A model generated the notes under the pieces. The model saw only the letters and a list, made by a program, of their open reading frames with translations. It was not told the DNA's origin and searched no databases. The position numbers and the translations under genes were made by a program. From Patescibacteria group bacterium (GTDB lineage Bacteria > Patescibacteriota > SICC01): a DNA stretch of 24,000 nt. Positions 16,838-23,854 of this stretch are shown in pieces (positions within the stretch are counted from its first letter, which is position 1; every line of letters begins with the position of its first letter). The DNA is taken from assembly GCA_009694835.1 (NCBI GenBank), contig SICC01000001.1, forward strand, positions 2,588-26,587, in the 5' to 3' direction.

Positions 16838-16908
16838 CCGACCCTCCTTTGCGAGATGCTTTGCCTCTCGCTTAAAATTCGGAACGAATTTTCAAAGGAG
16901 GGTCGGAT
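16836..16908 (-). promoter_or_regulatory. Three-way-junction RNA element occluding pyrE ribosome-binding site and start codon
   Basis: Perfect 16-bp outer stem (16836-16851 with 16893-16908) plus inner hairpins 16852-16856/16866-16870 and 16874-16880/16886-16892. It spans exactly from the gatD stop codon to the pyrE ATG. Confidence 0.75.
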
Positions 16909-17636
16909 CACGAGAATCGCTCCACGGCTTGCTCGTTTGCAACTAATTCGAAGGCATCTTCCAGTTCTCCGAGTCGAGCATTCTTATATCGTCGACCGAG
17001 GGCTTGTTTGAGTAACCAATCTGCCAAGTGCGGATTTTTAGGTAGTAACGATCCGTGCAAATAGGTACCAATTGCCTTGCCCTGAACAGTGCCCTCGGTG
17101 TTATCTCGGCCGTTGTTACCGAAGCCAGTCTTCAGCTTGCCAAGTGGGTTGGCGTCTTCTCCAAGGAAGGTTAGTCCGGAATGGTTTTCAAAGCCGACGA
17201 GCGGTCGTTTCGGTAAGTCGAGCACGTCTGGTTCCACCACGACGTTGCCAATCAAGCGTTTTGGTCCGGCTTCGGTGTGTGCGTCGAAAATACCAACACC
17301 TTCCAGCCGATCACCCTCGGCCGGCTGGTAGTAGTTGCCGAGTAGCTGATAGCCACCGCAGACAGCTAGGACGGCTGCACCATTTCCGACCGCTTCACGA
17401 ATTGCGCCAGCTTTCTTCTTCAAGTCAGCGGCGACCGTATCTTGTTCCTGATCCTGACCGCCGCCGAAGAAAATCAGATCGTAGCGTTTCGAGTCGAATT
17501 TCTGACCGACTTCAATCTCATCAACTGATGCCGCAATGTGACGCCACCGTGAACGGCGAACCAAGGTGAGAATATTGCCATGATCACCATAGATGCTCAT
17601 GCGCTTGGGGTAGAGATGGGCGATTCGTAAGTGCAT
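16908..17636 (-). CDS. gatD: Lipid II isoglutaminyl synthase, glutamine amidotransferase subunit GatD
   Basis: 242 aa; LRIAHLYPKRMSIYGDHGNILTL, LIFFGGGQDQEQDTVAADL, GAAVLAVCGGYQLLGNYY, RPLVGFENHSGLTFL; adjacent to murT. Confidence 0.93.
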   Translation of the reverse strand: MHLRIAHLYPKRMSIYGDHGNILTLVRRSRWRHIAASVDEIEVGQKFDSKRYDLIFFGGGQDQEQDTVAADLKKKAGAIREAVGNGAAVLAVCGGYQLLGNYYQPAEGDRLEGVGIFDAHTEAGPKRLIGNVVVEPDVLDLPKRPLVGFENHSGLTFLGEDANPLGKLKTGFGNNGRDNTEGTVQGKAIGTYLHGSLLPKNPHLADWLLKQALGRRYKNARLGELEDAFELVANEQAVERFS

Positions 17637-17637
17637 A

Positions 17638-19005
17638 TCAGGAAAGGTAGTGCTTCAAATGGCCTTGTTCAACTAATTGACGACGTAATTCTAGCATCGC
17701 TGTGTAGGTTGGGAGCACGTAGAGCGTTCCGCCATCGGGAACGCCTTCCAAGGCAGCTTCCAAGGCCTTACCAATGTCGCGGCGGACTGTTACGTCAGCC
17801 TCCTTGACGCCGGCGTATTTCAAACGCAGCGCCATATCGTCCGTGCGGGTCCCGCTGACGGCGAGTGAGCGAGCTTGCGGCAAGATTTCTTCGAAGTCAG
17901 CGTCCCAGAGCCAGGAGACATCTGTGCCGTCAGCAAAGTTATCGTTGATCAGGATCAGGAAATCTTTCTTTCCTTTATCGAGCGAAAGGGTATGGATAAC
18001 TTCGTTGGCACCAGTCGGGTTCTTAATCAGCCCAATGAAGATTTCCTTGTTGCCGACTTGGACGTGCTCGACCCGACCGAAGGCGGCGGCCGTCCTGGCG
18101 ATGGCTGGCTCGATAACGGTTGGGGAAAGGCCGAGGGCATGACCAGCCGCGACGGCCGCCGCCGCGTTGTAGGCGTTATAGATTCCTGGAATGCCGAGTC
18201 GCACAGAGAACCGCTTACGACCCAGCTTGAATTGGACGTCGCTGCCCGTGGTGCCGTCGAGCTCTAGTTTTGTTACGGCCACGGATGGCTTTGGCCGCTT
18301 CAAGCTCTTGTCCGGGCTGCGGTAGTGGCCGAGGTGACCCGTAAAGACAGCCTCGTAGCGGAGGAGCTGGCCAGTCGGGGTGGTGAAGTGATCGGCGGCG
18401 CGCGGAAGTCCGTCTTTGGAGACGGAGGTGTCTTCGATACCGTAGTACATTACCGTTTGCGGCAAGCCTTGGCCGAGTGACGCCACCAGGGGGTCGTCCG
18501 CATTCAAAACCACGACGCTCGATTTCGGGAGGCTGGCTAATCCTTCGCGGAGGTAGTCGGCCGTCCGCTGCAGTTCGCCGTAACGATCCAGCTGATCGCG
18601 GAAGAGATTGGTGACCACGACGACTTTCGGAGCCAGCTCCAGGCAGGCCGCCGGCATCGTAGCTTCGTCGACCTCGAACAGTCCCCACGGTTTTTTAGTG
18701 CCGCGGTGTGGATGACCTTGGATTAAGGTTGAAGCGATACCGCGCAGTAAGTTCGATCCGGACTGATTATGGACGTATGGTTTACCAGCCGCCTTCAACG
18801 ACTCACCGATGAATCGGCTGGTGGTGGTTTTGCCGTTCGTGCCGGTTACCACCACGCTGCCACCCAGGTTCTTGCGAAGTTCCCGAACCAACTTCGGTTG
18901 AATCTTCAGTCCAACGACGCCGGGAACACTCGTGGCTCCACCTCCCCGTAACCGACTTAAGTGGCCGGAAAGTTTAGCGGTTCCAATCGCAATTGAGGTG
19001 CGCAT
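17638..19005 (-). CDS. murT: Lipid II isoglutaminyl synthase, Mur-ligase-like subunit MurT
   Basis: 455 aa; VVTGTNGKTTTSRFIGESL, FEVDEATMP, VVTNLFRDQLDRYGE, FGRVEHV, LIKNPTGANEVI; adjacent to gatD. Confidence 0.93.
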   Translation of the reverse strand: MRTSIAIGTAKLSGHLSRLRGGGATSVPGVVGLKIQPKLVRELRKNLGGSVVVTGTNGKTTTSRFIGESLKAAGKPYVHNQSGSNLLRGIASTLIQGHPHRGTKKPWGLFEVDEATMPAACLELAPKVVVVTNLFRDQLDRYGELQRTADYLREGLASLPKSSVVVLNADDPLVASLGQGLPQTVMYYGIEDTSVSKDGLPRAADHFTTPTGQLLRYEAVFTGHLGHYRSPDKSLKRPKPSVAVTKLELDGTTGSDVQFKLGRKRFSVRLGIPGIYNAYNAAAAVAAGHALGLSPTVIEPAIARTAAAFGRVEHVQVGNKEIFIGLIKNPTGANEVIHTLSLDKGKKDFLILINDNFADGTDVSWLWDADFEEILPQARSLAVSGTRTDDMALRLKYAGVKEADVTVRRDIGKALEAALEGVPDGGTLYVLPTYTAMLELRRQLVEQGHLKHYLS

Positions 19006-19010
19006 GAGTA

Positions 19011-20000
19011 TTACCGTACTCGACCTTCCGTCCGCTTCACCAGCCAGTCAGAGACCAGCCGTTGGGCCTCATCGTCGCTGTCTACCCAATCGACCTTTCG
19101 GTTGCTGCGGAACCAGGTGTACTGGCGCTTGGCGAATTGAATCAAGTCTTGTTTGCAGAGCTCGACCGCTTGCTCGTAAGGGTACTTACCTTGGAGATAC
19201 TCGGCGATCCGACGGTACTCAAGTCCCATAGTTTCGAGCCGCTCCCAGGAGACCCCTTCCGAGTGCAATGTACGAACTTCTTCGATGAATCCGCGTTTAA
19301 AGCGTTCCATCATGCGGCGTTCAATTCGTTCATCCAGGGTTTTCTTCGGCCGATCGATGCCGACGATGAGCGTGTCGAACAGCTGGGGGCCTTTCCGGCG
19401 CATTTCCGAGATTGGGATGCCAGCCGTTTCACTGACTTCAATCGCCCGGATAATTCGTCGCGGATTTTGAAGGTCGATGGTGGCCCAATCGACCGGTTCG
19501 ACCAGCTTCAGTCGTTTGACCAAATCTTCCTTGGACAGCTTGTCGAGTTCAGCCCGAAGTTTTGGTTGCGGCGGGACGGGTGGAATCAGCAAATTGTCGA
19601 TGACGGCCTGAATATACAAACCGGTTCCGCCGACTAAAAACGGCAGCAGGCCGCGTTGCTGGATGTCTTGGATGGCGGCGATGGCGGCGTCCTTATACTG
19701 AACCACCGTGTAGGTGTCGTTTGGGTCAGCTACATCGAGCAGATGATGAGGGACGCGGCCTTGTTGGTCGGGCAGGACTTTGCCGGTCCCGATATCCATA
19801 CCGCGATAGACCTGGCGGGAGTCGGCCGAGACAATCTCGCCGTTGAACTCTTCGGCCAAGTCGATGGCAATTTCTGACTTACCAGTCGCGGTCGGTCCGA
19901 CGATGGCAACCAGGGGCGGCTTAATTTCACCGCGCTGCAAGCGTTGGGACTGCGGGCGCGTAGCGGTCGTAGGCATACGCCTAGTATACTCAAGCGTCAT
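19011..20000 (-). CDS. miaA: tRNA dimethylallyltransferase
   Basis: PPLVAIVGPTATGKSEIAIDLAEEFNGEIVSADSRQVYRGMDIGTGK; the true start may be ATG at 19976 (MPTTATRPQ...). Confidence 0.95.
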   Translation of the reverse strand: MTLEYTRRMPTTATRPQSQRLQRGEIKPPLVAIVGPTATGKSEIAIDLAEEFNGEIVSADSRQVYRGMDIGTGKVLPDQQGRVPHHLLDVADPNDTYTVVQYKDAAIAAIQDIQQRGLLPFLVGGTGLYIQAVIDNLLIPPVPPQPKLRAELDKLSKEDLVKRLKLVEPVDWATIDLQNPRRIIRAIEVSETAGIPISEMRRKGPQLFDTLIVGIDRPKKTLDERIERRMMERFKRGFIEEVRTLHSEGVSWERLETMGLEYRRIAEYLQGKYPYEQAVELCKQDLIQFAKRQYTWFRSNRKVDWVDSDDEAQRLVSDWLVKRTEGRVR

Positions 20001-20052
20001 CCCGACAGTTTACCCCGCACCCCGATGCGGGGTCGGAATGAGAAGGCTTTAG

Positions 20053-21834
20053 TTACTTCGATTGGGGAAGGACGCGATCAGCTGATTCTTTGACGAGATC
20101 CTTTGCTACTGCGGCGATTTTTTTCGATCCTAAGTCGCCTTGGTGGTACGAACGCAGCGCGACTGACTTCGATTTTTCTTCCTTATCGCCGACCACCAAC
20201 ATGTAGGGGGCTTTCTGCATTTCCGCTTCCCGGATTTTCTTGCCGATCGATTCTGATCGATCATCAACCGTGACGCGCAATCCGGCTTCGGTCAATTCTT
20301 TTTTAATTGATTCAGCGTACTTATTGTTGCGATCGGTAATGGGGAGCACTCGGACTTGTTCCGGAGCCAGCCAGAGTGGGAAGGCGCCGGCGAAGTGCTC
20401 GATGAGGATAGCCAAGAAGCGTTCGTATGAACCGAGAATGGCTCGGTGAATGATAACCGGCGTCTCTTCTTCACCACCTTTGCCGGCGTAGGTGAGTCCG
20501 AATCGCGGTGGCATCGCAAAGTCGATTTGGATAGTGGCCAGTTGCCGTTCATTACCAAGGGCGTCGCGGAACATGTAATCAAGCTTCGGGCCGTACAAGG
20601 CCGCTTCACCTTCCATCCGCTTGGCGTCCAACTTCAAATCATCTGAAACTTCTTTGAGCATCTGCTCAGCTTGTTTCCATCCTTTTTCATCGCCAATGTA
20701 CGCATCTGGCGTTTTTGGGTCACGCACGGACAATGACACCCAATGGTCACCGAACATCCCAAGATTGGTATAGAATTCCTCAATGGTTTTGGCGATGCGT
20801 TTCGATTCTTCCTTAATCTGGTCAACGCGACAAAAGACATGGCCGTCGTCACACGTAATTGCCCGTACTCGAGTGAGTCCGCCAATTTCACCGGGTTTTT
20901 CGTCACGGTACATCATCGTCGATTCCATGTACCGCAGCGGCAGGTCTCGGTAGGATCGGGGTCGGCTGGCATAGATCTGAGTGTGGTGTGGGCAGTTCAC
21001 CGGCTTCATCACAAACTCGCCGTACTTACTTTCTACTTTCAAGAGCTCTTCACCGAACTTGTCAGCATGGCCGGACTTCTCGTAGAGTTCGCGTTTGGCA
21101 ATGTGGGGAATAGTGACTGGTTGCATGTCGTACTTCTGGCTGATTTCAAGCAGAGAATTCTGCAGTTGCGTTCTTAGGGTCGTACCGCGCGGCGTAAACA
21201 TCGGCAAACCCGATCCCACCAGGTCGGAGAACGTAAACAGATCGAGTTCCTTCCCAAGCTTCCTATGATCACGCTTCTTAGCTTCTTCTTGTTGCTTCAA
21301 ATACGCATCCAGCTCTTTTTGATCCTCGAACGCCACCCCATAAATTCGCTGAAGCTGTTTGTTTTTCTCATCACCTTTCCAGTAGGCGCCAGCGATTCTC
21401 GTGAGTTTGAACGATCCAATATCTTTGGTCGATTTCACGTGGCCACCACGGCAGAGGTCGGTGAAACTGCCGGACGTAAAGAAGGTGATTGGCTGTTTTT
21501 CTTGAGCGAACTCTTCAGCCAATTCAACCTTGTAGGGCTGCTTGGCTTTCTTCAGTCGATCGATAGCTTCTTTTGGCGGTACTTCCTCACCTTCGAAACT
21601 CAGGTTTTGCTTGACGATATGTTTCATCTTCTTCTCTAGGATTGGTAAGTCTTCCGGAATCAACGTCCGTGGTAGCTCGAAGTCGTAGTAGAAACCATTC
21701 TCAATAGCCGGGCCGACGCCGAGCTTGGCCTCGGGAAACATGTCGAGGACGGCCATCGCCAATACGTGTGACAGCGAGTGTCGTATGGTCTCAAGTTTAT
21801 CCGGAGTGTTCGAGCTGGCTTTGGTTTTTGCCAT
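20053..21834 (-). CDS. thrS: Threonyl-tRNA synthetase lacking the N-terminal TGS domain
   Basis: 593 aa; editing domain RHSLSHVLAMAV...SFTDLCRGGHV, catalytic motifs MFTPRGTTLRTQLQNSL, VNCPHHTQIY, RYMESTMMYRDEKPGEIGGLTRVRAITCDDGHVF. Confidence 0.96.
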   Translation of the reverse strand: MAKTKASSNTPDKLETIRHSLSHVLAMAVLDMFPEAKLGVGPAIENGFYYDFELPRTLIPEDLPILEKKMKHIVKQNLSFEGEEVPPKEAIDRLKKAKQPYKVELAEEFAQEKQPITFFTSGSFTDLCRGGHVKSTKDIGSFKLTRIAGAYWKGDEKNKQLQRIYGVAFEDQKELDAYLKQQEEAKKRDHRKLGKELDLFTFSDLVGSGLPMFTPRGTTLRTQLQNSLLEISQKYDMQPVTIPHIAKRELYEKSGHADKFGEELLKVESKYGEFVMKPVNCPHHTQIYASRPRSYRDLPLRYMESTMMYRDEKPGEIGGLTRVRAITCDDGHVFCRVDQIKEESKRIAKTIEEFYTNLGMFGDHWVSLSVRDPKTPDAYIGDEKGWKQAEQMLKEVSDDLKLDAKRMEGEAALYGPKLDYMFRDALGNERQLATIQIDFAMPPRFGLTYAGKGGEEETPVIIHRAILGSYERFLAILIEHFAGAFPLWLAPEQVRVLPITDRNNKYAESIKKELTEAGLRVTVDDRSESIGKKIREAEMQKAPYMLVVGDKEEKSKSVALRSYHQGDLGSKKIAAVAKDLVKESADRVLPQSK

Positions 21835-21842
21835 GGCTCAAG

Positions 21843-21875
21843 TATACCGAGCACCACGTGTTGGTGCTTGGTATA
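21843..21875. promoter_or_regulatory. 14-bp inverted repeat overlapping the thrS -10 region
   Basis: TATACCGAGCACCA-cgtgt-TGGTGCTTGGTATA (one G/T position); thrS -10-like TATACT (complement of 21841-21846) overlaps its left arm. Confidence 0.6.
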
Positions 21876-21919
21876 GCTCTCTCTTGCTCGTTTTTTACCA
21901 GCTGGTAGGATAGTGAGCT

Positions 21920-22438
21920 ATGCCAAATAGATTTGAAAACCCACCCGTTGCTGAAGCGGAAATTACCGAGCTCGAGCATGCTCAAGAGATTCAGCGATTG
22001 TCGTTGCTCTTTGCGGGTGCGGTCGAACAGGGCTTTCCACGAAAAGACGCCGTTGTCGGTGGTGACTCCATGGAACCGCGAATTTACATACTTTTTGGTG
22101 AACGAGATGCTGACACCTTCACGGCGGCCCGCATTGCTCAACCAAAGCTGTCTGGCCCAGGGCCATCTCATAATATTGAACTAAAAAAAATCGATCGTGA
22201 AGGAAATATTCTTGAACATCAAGCGGTCTTATTGCTTGATGGTGATCCGGCAGTTGGACTGTTCCTTGATAGTTACCATTTGAACCGAACACTCCCAGAG
22301 ATTGATCAACTGACTTCTGGTTTCCGGAAGATGTTGAAACGAACGACTAAGCCGCTGACGAGTGTCGAACTAGATAGGAAGTTCAATGAGGCCGATCAAG
22401 TCGAATATGACGACTACGTTCAGTTGAATTTCAGCTAA
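21920..22438 (+). CDS. Hypothetical protein, divergent from thrS
   Basis: 172-aa ORF; TTGCTC-16-TAGGAT promoter-like sequence ends 8 nt upstream of the ATG. Confidence 0.7.
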   Translation: MPNRFENPPVAEAEITELEHAQEIQRLSLLFAGAVEQGFPRKDAVVGGDSMEPRIYILFGERDADTFTAARIAQPKLSGPGPSHNIELKKIDREGNILEHQAVLLLDGDPAVGLFLDSYHLNRTLPEIDQLTSGFRKMLKRTTKPLTSVELDRKFNEADQVEYDDYVQLNFS

Positions 22439-22841
22439 GCAAATCACTCGTGGCGTGTCTAGGAAGTTCCGGACAACGCACCACGGCCACGTTCATCCCA
22501 GCCGTTTTCAGTTCATTGACCAGCCTCTGCTCATCAAATTTTTGATCGTATCCCAGCGCAATCACGTTCGCGTCAGCTTTTTTAACCGTTCCAACTAAAT
22601 CGTACGGCTCTGCCCCGACGAAGGCTTCGTCGACCGGTGCGAGGGATGCAATGATCGTCACCCGATCGGTGGCACGATGACGCGGTTTTCGCTTTTCACG
22701 CTCAGCTTGCTCGTCCGAGGTTACCACCACGACTAACCGATCGCCGAGTTTTCGAGCTTCGGATAGGAAGTGAAGATGGCCAGGATGAACGATATCGAAC
22801 ACGCCGCTAGCGAGGACTGTTTTGCTGGAAGGAGGTGACAT
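22431..22841 (-). CDS. Adenylyl/cytidylyltransferase-like nucleotidyltransferase (RfaE/TagD-like fold)
   Basis: 136 aa; VLASGVFDIVHPGHLHFLSEARKLGDRLVVVVTSD, HRATDRVTIIASLAPVDEAFVG, VIALGYDQKFDE. Confidence 0.88.
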   Translation of the reverse strand: MSPPSSKTVLASGVFDIVHPGHLHFLSEARKLGDRLVVVVTSDEQAEREKRKPRHRATDRVTIIASLAPVDEAFVGAEPYDLVGTVKKADANVIALGYDQKFDEQRLVNELKTAGMNVAVVRCPELPRHATSDLLS

Positions 22842-22879
22842 ATAGTGCCCAGTGTAGACGTATCCAAAAACAAAAAAAC

Positions 22880-23011
22880 ATGGAACCGCGAACTCACTAT
22901 CCGCCCCAAACCCAGGAATGCCCGCAGTGTGGGGAAGACATGGATGCTCGTTCTGGTGCTTGGACGGGTGATTGCCAAAACTGCGGCTATCACGACCCCT
23001 GCTGCGAATAG
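22880..23011 (+). CDS. Candidate micro-protein with CxxC...CxxC zinc ribbon (43 aa)
   Basis: ATG-initiated ORF missing from the track: MEPRTHYPPQTQECPQCGEDMDARSGAWTGDCQNCGYHDPCCE; no clear SD. Confidence 0.4.
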   Translation: MEPRTHYPPQTQECPQCGEDMDARSGAWTGDCQNCGYHDPCCE

Positions 23012-23018
23012 CTCAGAA

Positions 23019-23072
23019 TCGGGCTCCAGCTTACGCGCCCTAACTCGTTAGGCCGCTTCAGCTTTCGCCCGA
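23019..23072. other. Long imperfect intergenic hairpin
   Basis: TCGGGC/GCCCGA, AGCT/AGCT and CCTAAC-TC-GTTAGG nested with symmetric internal loops. Confidence 0.55.
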
Positions 23073-23084
23073 CATTCTTCGCTG

Positions 23085-23138
23085 TTTCGATCGAAAGCGT
23101 ACTCGGAGCACAGCTCCTGCGCACCTCTTTCGATCGAC
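23085..23138. other. Inverted-repeat element with TTTCGATCGAAA palindrome
   Basis: 12-bp palindrome TTTCGATCGAAA at 23085-23096 and a second copy TTTCGATCGA at 23128-23137 flank GGAGC-ACA-GCTCC. Confidence 0.5.
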
Positions 23139-23215
23139 AAAAGAAAAAAGCTCCTCAGCGGTGCCTTGCCAGGAATCATCAGAGGCTCAGCTATGCGTTT
23201 GAAATAGATACAGAA

Positions 23216-23240
23216 AACGCCCCGATTGAAGTGGGGCGTT
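23216..23240 (-). terminator. Rho-independent terminator immediately 3' of hammerhead motif
   Basis: On the - strand AACGCCCC-acttcaatc-GGGGCGTT-TTCTG: perfect 8-bp stem followed by a T run. Confidence 0.8.
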
Positions 23241-23319
23241 CTTACGTTTCGTCCGAGCCTATCCGGACTCTTCAGCTGCGTACCGCAGACGTCAGGCACA
23301 GGTGGTGCAGGACGTAAGA
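23240..23319 (-). ncRNA. Type III hammerhead ribozyme
   Basis: - strand: stem III UCUUACG, cleavage triplet GUC, stem I CUGC-ACC...GGU-AC-GCAG, core CUGAAGA, stem II GUCCG...CGGAC, GAAA, stem III CGUAAGA. All universally conserved core nucleotides are present in the correct order. Confidence 0.88.
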
Positions 23320-23323
23320 GCCC

Positions 23324-23353
23324 ATAGTAGGCCTGGCCGGCGGCCACTGTCAA
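23324..23353 (-). promoter_or_regulatory. Sigma70-like promoter driving hammerhead RNA (TTGACA-18-TACTAT)
   Basis: - strand TTGACA (complement of 23348-23353) and TACTAT (complement of 23324-23329). The predicted start falls at the 5' strand of stem III. Confidence 0.65.
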
Positions 23354-23408
23354 CGGGATTTTTCCTCCTCAGCCAAGGCGAATTTGACGAGGTGTGGATA
23401 ATAAAGCT

Positions 23409-23801
23409 ATGACAATGCAAAAAACCGACGAAGAGTGGAAGAAAGAGCTCACGCCTGAACAGTACGAAATTCTGCGCCAGCACGGGACGGAAGCCCCGGG
23501 CAGCGGAACGTATCTCTATGAGAAATCTGACGGGATGTACACGTGTGCGGCCTGCGGACAAGAACTCTTTTCATCCGATACCAAGTTTGAGTCTGGAACC
23601 GGCTGGCCGTGTTTTACCGAACCGGCTTTGATCAAGTCAGTTGAACTCCGCGAGGACAATTCCGGCGGGATGAAGCGAACTGAAGTAATCTGTCGAAACT
23701 GCGGCGGGCACTTGGGTCACGTTTTTGATGACGGGCCGAAAGATGCGGGTGGAAAACGCTACTGTATCAACTCGGCGGCGCTAAAGTTAGAGAAGAAGTA
23801 G
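23409..23801 (+). CDS. msrB: Peptide-methionine (R)-S-oxide reductase
   Basis: [85 protein letters not shown]; four Zn-ligand Cys and catalytic Cys. The track start is GTG 23394; ATG 23409 or 23415 is more likely. Confidence 0.95.
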   Translation: MTMQKTDEEWKKELTPEQYEILRQHGTEAPGSGTYLYEKSDGMYTCAACGQELFSSDTKFESGTGWPCFTEPALIKSVELREDNSGGMKRTEVICRNCGGHLGHVFDDGPKDAGGKRYCINSAALKLEKK

Positions 23802-23854
23802 CTCTAGTTTGCCAACTAACGAACTGCTTTCGATTTACGTACAATGATTCAAGC

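Noticed and set aside
17774-18688. Multiple ORFs antisense/out of frame over murT (17774, 17875, 18215)
   Set aside because: Shadow ORFs in GC-rich coding DNA; murT is well supported.
20014-20035. CCCCGCA-ccccga-TGCGGGG hairpin between thrS and miaA
   Set aside because: Stable stem but no adjacent T tract on either strand; too weak to call a terminator or regulatory RNA, though it may contribute to mRNA processing.
22845-23051. Plus-strand ORF of 68 aa from the track
   Set aside because: No domain signature; the +1-shifted frame (22880-23011) has the convincing CxxC pairs.
23176-23182. Second CUGAUGA hammerhead-like core on the - strand
   Set aside because: Not followed by a stem II + GAAA, and no matching stem III/NUH segment; chance match.
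23048-23353. Minus-strand ORF of 101 aa
   Set aside because: No recognisable protein features. It contains the hammerhead core, its terminator and a second terminator-like element in the same strand, so it is better explained as open frame through structured RNA DNA.
23393-23401. Perfect DnaA box TGTGGATAA (TTATCCACA on the - strand)
   Set aside because: Single copy; only one weaker box near 8990 (TATCCACAG) and no AT-rich DUE or dnaA/dnaN context, so not an origin.
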